Assembly: GCA_001938485.1 (NCBI GenBank)
Contig: MQRK01255140.1
Coordinates: forward strand, 1 to 60,496
Length of the DNA stretch: 60,496 nt
Source of the DNA: Girardia tigrina
Taxonomy: Eukaryota
Direction of reading: 5' to 3'
In this document: positions 52,207 through 60,496 of the stretch, in pieces
Layout: every line of letters begins with the position of its first letter
How positions within the stretch are numbered: the stretch's first letter is position 1
Notes under the pieces: generated by a model
Database searches by the model: none
What the model was told of the DNA's origin: nothing
The model's input: only the letters and a program-made list of their open reading frames with translations
Program-made: the position numbers and the translations under genes

Positions 52207-52304
52207 AAAATTTATTTGGCTGCATAGTTAGTGTGTGTATTTTGATAATTGAAAAAAATTAACTACAAATATGAGGCGACGACTAATTTGACACTTGAAA
52301 ATTA

Positions 52305-55300
52305 ATGATTATGAATAACTCGTCCACTCAACCACAAGTTCTCGTTTCAAGTACTGATTCCATGGATCATTATAGAAGTTATCTAATTCCTCAAGTGCAC
52401 TCAACTGAAAGTATCAAAGTCATCGAAAATGGCATACAATTGGGATCAAGTGGTCTTCAGTCTGACTTTTCTTCAGAATACTGTTCGATAGGACAGTTAA
52501 GAAATTCGTGGTCGAATGACAATTATTCCAAATACAATATCGATCGAGTTTGGTCGGAAAATCAAATCCGATTCGGAGTGAATTTGGAAACACCAATCCC
52601 GAAATCCAACGGATGGCAAATGCGAACGAGCGGACTCGATTCATCGCCGATTATCGAAACGAGTCGACTTAATCATGATAAAGAAAACACGAAAAATAAA
52701 GAACTGCAAAAAGACGAACAACAAGGTAAGAATTTGAGCTTCAACCACAAGAACAACTTAAAATTTTATTTATCATAAAAATATTTTCCACTTGAAATTT
52801 TCAAAATCAAATTTTATGACATCATCAATCAATAAAGAGCGTGCGCTCTTGAATTTGTTTTTGTTTCCAATCGATTAATTATACGCTTCATTAATTACGT
52901 AAATATTATTGACAAAAATAAATAAAATAAAAATAAATATTAAAATATTTCACGGATTTCTTTTTCGTTGTAGATTGTTTTGATTTATCCCAACAACTAC
53001 CGGTCTCGAATTCCGCGTCTCCTCAACCGCTCTCGGAATCCAATGAATCGAAACGGGATCTCAACGACGATCTCAATGAATGCCGATTATTACAACAGAA
53101 AACGAAAGTCAAACCGAGAATCCTATTTTCCCAAACCCAAGTTTTCGAACTCGAACAACGATTCCGTTATCAAAGATATTTATCGGCCCCGGAACGCGAA
53201 CAATTGGCGAATGATTTGAAAATGACTCCACAACAAGTGATATATTTATTTATTTATTTTTCGATTAAAAATAATAACCAAAAAAAAAATTAGAAATTCT
53301 ATTTTTCTTTTACAAAAAACCCTCTCACAAAAAAATGTCAATTTTTCAATTCGAGGGAAAAAATCACCAAAAAAAATGAAAAAAAAAGAAATCTGTATTA
53401 ATATTTCATATATATTAATAATAATAATAAATAATTAGATTAATTTTGTTAAAAGCCAAACGATCATTTATCAATAAAAAATGATGGACTGTATAGGAGC
53501 GAATAATCTGGCCAATTTGTCAATTAAGCGTAATTATCGTTTGATTATCTCGCATTAACTTAACTACTGGTAGCAGGAGTTTGTATAAACAAACTATTTC
53601 CTTATCTGACATTCGACGAGGCGCACACACAGACACACACACGTGCTCTCGCTCGTTGAATCATCCCAGTGAAACCGAGTAGGTCGAGAAGAAACAACCA
53701 CACACATACATACACTCACCCATATGATCACACGCATGCACTCATATTCAATGAAAGTGTGTGCGCCTGGGTATGGGTATGTGTTACAGAGAAACTGAAG
53801 CCTATCTATCTCTATTAAAAAACAACATCATACACACACACACAACAAAAAAACTCCTTGAATATTAACCGGTGTTATATTAAGCGAGATAAGCCCCAAA
53901 ATTAGCGGGGTTATCACACCACTATTTTGCAAACAAACAAACGAAAAAAGTTAAGAAAACGAAGAAAAAAAACGAGAAATAAAAAGATAAACTCGACCAT
54001 GCAACTGGCTGTGTAACGAAACACGTGCTGGTTGCGGTTCAATGAACGATTGGGGTTGTTCGGTGCAAGAAGAATTATTATATATAAATATACTGCTAAA
54101 ATAAATATTTATATTAAATCCGTCACATTATTATTCTTGTGACAATCGGTAAAACATTGCCACTTCAAGTCTGGTTTAACTTGGAACATGATATTTAGCG
54201 AGAATCTCGCTTGATATATAGATATATACATATATTTATATATATATATTAATCGTGTCACCATCATCCAGCGTGGAAATAGATTGCATTTCGTGTCGAT
54301 TATTCTTTATTTTCGTTTTTGTTTTTTCAATAAGTATTTTTTAATTATGAAAAAAAAAATTTTTTTTTAAATAAAAAATATTATTAATAATAATAATAAT
54401 TATGGTGTTAAAAATATAATTGATTGTTTTTAATTTCTATTTATTTAATAATTTTTACTAATATTTCTTTTTTAATTAAAAATTAATTAATATTCAAAAT
54501 TTGCAAAGTAAGGATTTTGAAAAAAATTTTAATTTAAATAAATGTAAAATTTTTCACGATTAATATTCAATGATATCTTGAAAAAATAAAATTTATATAT
54601 CAAAATATTTTATTAAAACTAACATTCAAATCTTTTTTTAAATTATATTATTTTATTGCTGATTATAAAGTATGAAACTTCGAAATATGTTCAATAATCA
54701 ATTTTTTTAAAAAAGCTTCGACTAAATTATTTTCAATTATATATATTAATATATTGTACACATTTAAGAATTTTTTTCTATCATCAGCAATTATATTTGT
54801 TGGTTACTTTTTTAATGTAATTTTTTTATAAAATTATTCTAAAAAGGTATAATTTATTTATTTAATTTCAGCTATTATTGGATAATAATGACAAAATGTT
54901 TTAAAACATGGAAAAAGATTTGCAATTCGTGTTGATTATTCTTTATTTTATTTTTATTTTCTTCATATTTTGTAATTATGAAAAAAATATTTTTAATAAA
55001 AAAATATTATTAATTATTATTATTATTATTATGATGCTAAAAAATTATTGATTTCTTTTATTTCAATCTATTTGAAATTATTTATAAATAATTTTTTTTT
55101 ATTTTATAATTTTATTTGATGTTAGAAGTTTGATATTCGATATTTTATTTTCATTTTTTTAATAATAATAAATAATTTTCAGGTGAAAATATGGTTTCAA
55201 AATCGCCGATACAAAATGAAACGACAGGCTCAAGATAAAAGTCTCGAAGAAGCAACCGGATTTCCGAGTGCTTTCGTCACAGAAACGGCTTTGTCGAATG

Positions 55301-55770
55301 TTTCGAATTCTAATTCAAGAAGAACTTGTTTGAATTCTAACGAAATCCCCCATTCGTTTCCAATTACTACTCCAAATTGCAATAATGTGGGGTTCTCCTA
55401 CTCGAATTTACCATCAAGAATCCCGAATTCGGTGTTCAATCCGGTGGTGGGTTCCGTATGGAATATGCCGGAAAATATTTATTGGCCTCATAACATTCTC
55501 AATCATCCTTCAGATTCTTCATTAATTCCTTCAGCAACTTCATCAAACTTCTGTCTCCCAAAACCGTACACTTATCCAACAGTCAACTACGAATTTTCAC
55601 ATCCTTCATGGAATGAAGATCCATTCAAATGCAATCCACATCTCAATCCAATAAAATCCGAAACATACACATCAAACTTTCGAAGTATGATGGAAAACAA
55701 TAAATCTTCAGTCATGAATGCCGATAAATTTATTCCAACGCCCCCCTCGACAGATTTATTCCAACAATAA
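52305..55770 (+). CDS. nk4: NK2-class homeobox transcription factor, NK4/tinman/Nkx2-5-like; 3 exons, ~423 aa
   Basis: Exons 52305-52725, 52974-53236 and 55183-55770 (GT-AG, phases 1 and 0). Homeodomain [45 protein letters not shown]|[15 protein letters not shown] has the NK2-class Tyr54. KPR and NRRYK favour NK4 over NK2.1/2.2, which have KRR and NHRYK. The intron is at the common position before VKIWFQN. Confidence 0.88.
53480..54300. promoter_or_regulatory. Candidate intronic enhancer (GC-richer non-coding island with Fox, GATA, NK2 and E-box motifs)
   Basis: TATAAACAAA ~53584, CTTATCT ~53601, CACGTG ~53640 and ~54022, GAGATAAG ~53886, TTATCA ~53911, GCAAACAAACAAAC ~53929, CACTTCA ~54161; flanked by extremely AT-rich DNA. 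Confidence 0.4.
54655..54791. ncRNA. Pair of decayed minimal hammerhead motifs in opposite orientation in NK4 intron 2
   Basis: Plus 54655-54695: ATTG-CTGATTA-T-AAAGT(ATGAA)ACTTC-GAAA-TATG-TT-CAAT. Minus 54753-54791: ATTG-CTGATGA-T-AGAA(AAAAA)TTCT-TAAA-TGTG-TA-CAAT. Each has core mutations. Confidence 0.5.
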
Positions 55771-56548
55771 TTGATATTAATATTTTTTTTGTACAAAAAA
55801 TATAATTGATAAAAATGCAAAAAAAATAGAATTTGCTATTGGAGCAGTTTTACAATTCAAATGAAATAAAAATAATTATTATTTATTGTTAATATTTTAT
55901 TGTTAATATTTTATTAATATATTAAGTAAGATGGATTGTTTTAGTTCCCTCGAAAACAAAAAGAAAAAGATAAATTTCGAGTAATATTTGAATCTCGAAA
56001 TTATTTTTTTATTTGATAAGTGTGTATTTTATTTGTGATCTAAGTAGATCAATAGTTATAGTACAGGGATGACGAACCTGTGATACGCAAGCTAATTCTT
56101 GGTGACACTCTTCTTTAAATATTAGAAGTTTCATAATTCGAATGTTTGTCTTTTATAACAGCCAGAGTTGATTATTAAAAATATTATTATTTCCGCCCAA
56201 GGTCACTTTCTGGGAATCGCCAAATGACGTGTTTTTTAATTAATTTATTGTATTTTTTCATTAATCGAATTTCTAATTAACTCGACTATTAATTAATCTG
56301 AAACAAAACAATATTTTGTAAGTGAAAAAAAAGAATTAAACAAATAAATTACTTAAAAATAGAAAGATATTTATTTTTTAGTCATTACTTTTGTGAAGTA
56401 TGATCACCAGCATATACAATTTGTGACAAATGACGGTGAAATATTTTCTTTTATAATAAATGACTTGTTTGTTTAATAATTTCGTTACAACGGCTTCCAA
56501 AAAGCAATGAGATAGGGAACAATAACTTGAAAAATGTTTTGAATTATT

Positions 56549-56966
56549 CAGAGCCGTAGTAAGGAAAAATTGCGCCCTGTGCGAAGTTCAAATCTGGCGC
56601 CCATAGCGCGAAAAAGATTGACTACTACAAATTATGCCTTAAAAGAATTAAATTGAATACGAACGTCGTATTCACAAGCTCTATGACGCAACATTGATGC
56701 TTAAGCCTTGCAATGAAATTATAGATTAGCCAAATAGATTGCCAAATATATTATAGATAATTAATAAATAATACAAATTCACTTAAATTGTTGTTGCCAT
56801 ATTGCGCATAAAATAATTACCAAAAACTAACAAAATTTTGATTTTATAACTTTTCAACTTTAATATATAATAAAAACAAACAAAATTAAAATTGGTCATT
56901 TTGCGATTTTGGCGCCCATGCGCCCGGTGCGGCCGCACCGCTCGCGCCGCCCTCACTATGGCTCTG
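56549..56966. mobile_element. hAT-type MITE
   Basis: TIRs CAGAGCCGTAGT / ACTATGGCTCTG; perfect 8-bp TSD GAATTATT. Confidence 0.88.
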
Positions 56967-57582
56967 GAATTATTTTCTTAACACGGTTACCAAAGATAGG
57001 TTAACATGTGAATCAATTCGATATGGACGTATTCATTCTTTTTTGACCCTTATTCGGTTCTTTTTCTTATTTCTTCGTTGTATTCGATCCAGTTATGCTT
57101 TATAATTGGAATTAATGTCTAGATTGTTCTGTCTTCCTCAGGAAACGAAAATCATTACATAGTTTTTCTAAACAAACAACCACTAATCAACTATTTTTGT
57201 AAAAGACTGTCAGAATTATTTTCCTCTGTAGTTAAATCATAAGGCGATTATGAATAAATGTCCTTCACTTAGTTGTTCTAGTCGGTAACTGAACTTTTCT
57301 CATCTTCCTGTTCCTCTTCTCAGAAATGAATTGACATAACATTGTCACCATGGGCCTCTATTAATTTACATATCGTGTCCACATCCACGCATTATATAGT
57401 TTGAAGATTTTTCGTGCAATTGAGCAAACATAATAATAAATTAATGGCTAAAAATTATAATTTATAGCCGAACTGTTATTAATAAAAAGTACTAGGGCAT
57501 TCCAAAACCAAATATTTCAACGAACCAAAGCCGTTTTAAAGAGGAATCGGACAACTTGGTACTACATTTGTTTTCACCTGGG

Positions 57583-57629
<47 letters not shown>

Positions 57630-57699
57630 GTAGATATAGAAAAGTTGAGTAACAATTTAATAAAAGTAAAATAAAAATATTGAATCAGCACTAACCATT

Positions 57700-58110
57700 C
57701 TTGATTATTATCTACCTCCAGAATTAGAACCAGTTATAAGTTAGTTTACAAACACATGTGTTGGTCGACTCCGACAAAATGTAACATTTTTTGCTTCGAA
57801 GTTTGGTCAGTTTATCAGCGTACCTTAATTAGGTCTAATAGAACGAATAATTTTGCTTAAGCTTACCATAGTAAATTACAACAAGGAAAAAGCGTCAGTC
57901 ATCCAACAATACGGAAATTTAATAGTCACTTACAAAAGATGCAAAAAACGTTTGACATAGATTACGAACGCTTCATCGCGGAATATGAAGCACCACGAAA
58001 ACGAGGGTGATAGGAGGATCGTATTCTCAATAAAACAAGAAACTATGAACGGGAGAATGTGCTCGAGTTTTTGAGTGCCTTATCTCATAATTATCATGAA
58101 TTAAAAAATT
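57700..58110 (+). mobile_element. MULE-type transposase C-terminal relic
   Basis: WSVYQRTLIRSNRTNNFA*AYHSKLQ...SHPTIRKF. Confidence 0.65.
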
Positions 58111-60496
58111 TATTGAGTTTAATAAAATTTGTCGTAGAAATATTGTTTCTTTTTTATCAAAAAAAAAAAATTAAAATTTTATGTATCCCTGTTCTGAGTT
58201 TTTCGTAGCTGAGTTGTCCTGTACCCGGTCCAAGGAAGAAACAAATGATGTACAAATATAGTACACCATCCTAACAACATTTGCATAACTTATTTCCAAC
58301 TTTTAAGTGAATATATATTCTTTTTTTGAGTATTAATATCATTTTATTTTTTTAAGTATTAAATATATAAAACTCAAAATATATTACTTTTAAGAAGTAC
58401 TTTTACCAACATTTGTTACGTATTTCGTTCAAATGAATTAAATTAAATTAATTAAATTCAATTTTAATTGCTGTCCAAATTGTCAATTTTGGATTTTTTT
58501 CTCGCTACGTTCTTTACAATAATTTCTATTTTCCTTTTTTCTATTCTTATTTGTAATTATAATATCAATTTCTATGAAATATTTTACTTTTTTAATTTAA
58601 CAATTAAAACAACAAAATTATATTATATTTTTGCGTTTGTCTTTTTGGAGATAGTTTGAAAGGTTATTTTGTAAATAAAAATAAATTACTTTGAAAGTTG
58701 AAAACCAATTTTTGCATCATGCATTTATGAAAGAAAAACATTAAATTATTTTTTTCTTTTACTAATATTTTACCTGTGATCCCCGTCGTCTTTGGTGTCT
58801 TTTTTATAGTTAATTGATTTACCTGTGAAGCCTTACGGGAACTTAGCTCCAGTCCCAGTTGTCTTTCCTTGACTCTGTAGAAATTTGAGGCGATAAAATA
58901 TTTAAGATACTTTTATTTTGTAATAATAAAATACAAACTAATCAAAAACCCAGAAAATAACATTATAATGTACGTAGGAGGCCCATTGGGGGGACTGCTA
59001 GTGACTCTAGTTTTTGTGGCCCATCTAAAGAACCCAGATGCTCAATACGATTCGAAAGAGATGGGGGGCCCACATTGGAGAGAGGGGACTTGGTACATTG
59101 GTAATCTGTGAGAGTCAGTCAGAAATACTTCTACGTAGTCTCTGGCAACTAGAATGAGGGTTTCTAGGGATAATTTGAAAAGATTCTACTAAATTAGGTA
59201 AAAGCAAATTTTTTTATTTTGGTTTTGAGATTGCTTATAATTAGAATACAATTTGAGTTTTATAGTTTATTTTTCATTAAATATTTTGTCATTTACGTCT
59301 TTATTTTGTCAACTCAGGTATAAATTTTCCCAGTTAGAGTCAAACAGAAAAAATGTGAAGGTGTCATATAAAAGCTATAAGGTTGGCTCAGCTTTCTACA
59401 AATTTTTTCGATTCATCAAAATAGGATTTACCTTACGTTTTCGTGATGGATCACAACGTCTTTACAATTGATCAATTATGGACACTATCGCCACAAAGAA
59501 TTTGTTTAATCGTGATATTTGATGAAAATTAATTCAATTTTATTCAAAAACAATCCATTTTCATAATCAGTTTGAGGTTTTCAAAAATAGATCATTTTGA
59601 AGATTATAGTTATTTATTATATACTTTTAACAATTATTTGTGTTAACTAATTTCTGATATCAATTTCTCAATTCTAATTATATTGTTAAATAACAAATAG
59701 TGTTCTACAAATCCATATTCATTTGTCCAATTTTATTGAAATGTGCGTTGATCAAGTTTCCTTTTCTTTGGCAATTCTTCCATATTTTCCTACCAAATTT
59801 AAAAAAATAATTTTATTTTAATGTTTTTAAAATAAATGAATTTTAAATTAACAATATTTAATATAAAAATTTTAAAATAAATTTTAATATTTAAATTTTA
59901 ATATATAAAATTTAATATTTAATTTATAGATAATTTGATTTCTAAATTTTGCTTTCTAATCCACAATAAAATTGGTTGGAGGCTGTGTGCCATTGGAAAT
60001 TGTTTGGCGTGCCACATGTGACACGCGTGCCATAGGTTGCCGACCCCTGCAATAGAATGTCAATGATATCGGCATTTTTGAGTTGAGTTTTAATGGAATG
60101 TACGAAGGGGATTGACGTTGATATTGATATCGACCAAAATTGAATGTTTCAATTTATTCTTCGTGTTAGAAGTAAAATAAAAATCGATTGTCCCTGCAAT
60201 CACAATAAGGCTAGTGAATTAAAATTCCCAGGAGATGTCAAGTGAAAAGTTTGAAAATCAAAAAGTAGGTTCTAAAGAAAAGCATAGTTGAGCTGTTCAG
60301 AAAGAATGGTTTCGCTTCCAAATAATTAGAACCCGGATTTAGGAATTGAGAGCAAGATATATTGTGATTTGGATTTGACATTTGAGATTTCTTAAATTGC
60401 TTAAAACATTCTGATTTGGAAATATGAAAACTCCATTCAATAACACATTTAACTTTCTCTCGCAAAATATACTTTTGCATGATCGTCATTCTCTTG

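Noticed and set aside
52980-53219. ORF-track peptide [10 protein letters not shown]...
   Set aside because: Wrong frame; the homeobox exon 52974-53236 is read in another frame
60238-60489. Possible Harbinger-type transposase fragment (VKCVIEWSF)
   Set aside because: Only one weak motif and truncated by the window end

Overview
Very AT-rich, transposon-dense eukaryotic (animal) draft sequence with several N gaps. The 45-80 nt introns, mariner load and gene content suggest a flatworm such as a planarian; this is inference, not proven. Two spliced host genes were rebuilt by hand, and the ORF track shows only pieces of them. (1) A 16-exon, ~649-aa beta-PIX/ARHGEF7-like Rho GEF (SH3-DH-PH-GIT-binding domain) on the minus strand, 37314 to 2720. 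(2) A 3-exon, ~423-aa NK2-class homeobox gene, most like NK4/tinman/Nkx2-5, on the plus strand, 52305-55770. The rest is mostly decayed Tc1/mariner, hAT, MULE, pogo-type, Helitron and Ty3/gypsy elements and their MITEs. The most notable signals are a 5S-rRNA-headed SINE family (3 copies with TSDs), four minimal Penelope-type hammerhead ribozyme motifs, a cluster of perfect NK2 binding sites at the 5' end of the NK4-like gene, a Fox/GATA/NK-site island in its second intron, a minisatellite of RFX X-box palindromes, and a PIX C-terminus lacking the usual coiled coil and PDZ ligand. No prokaryotic-type system is supported.
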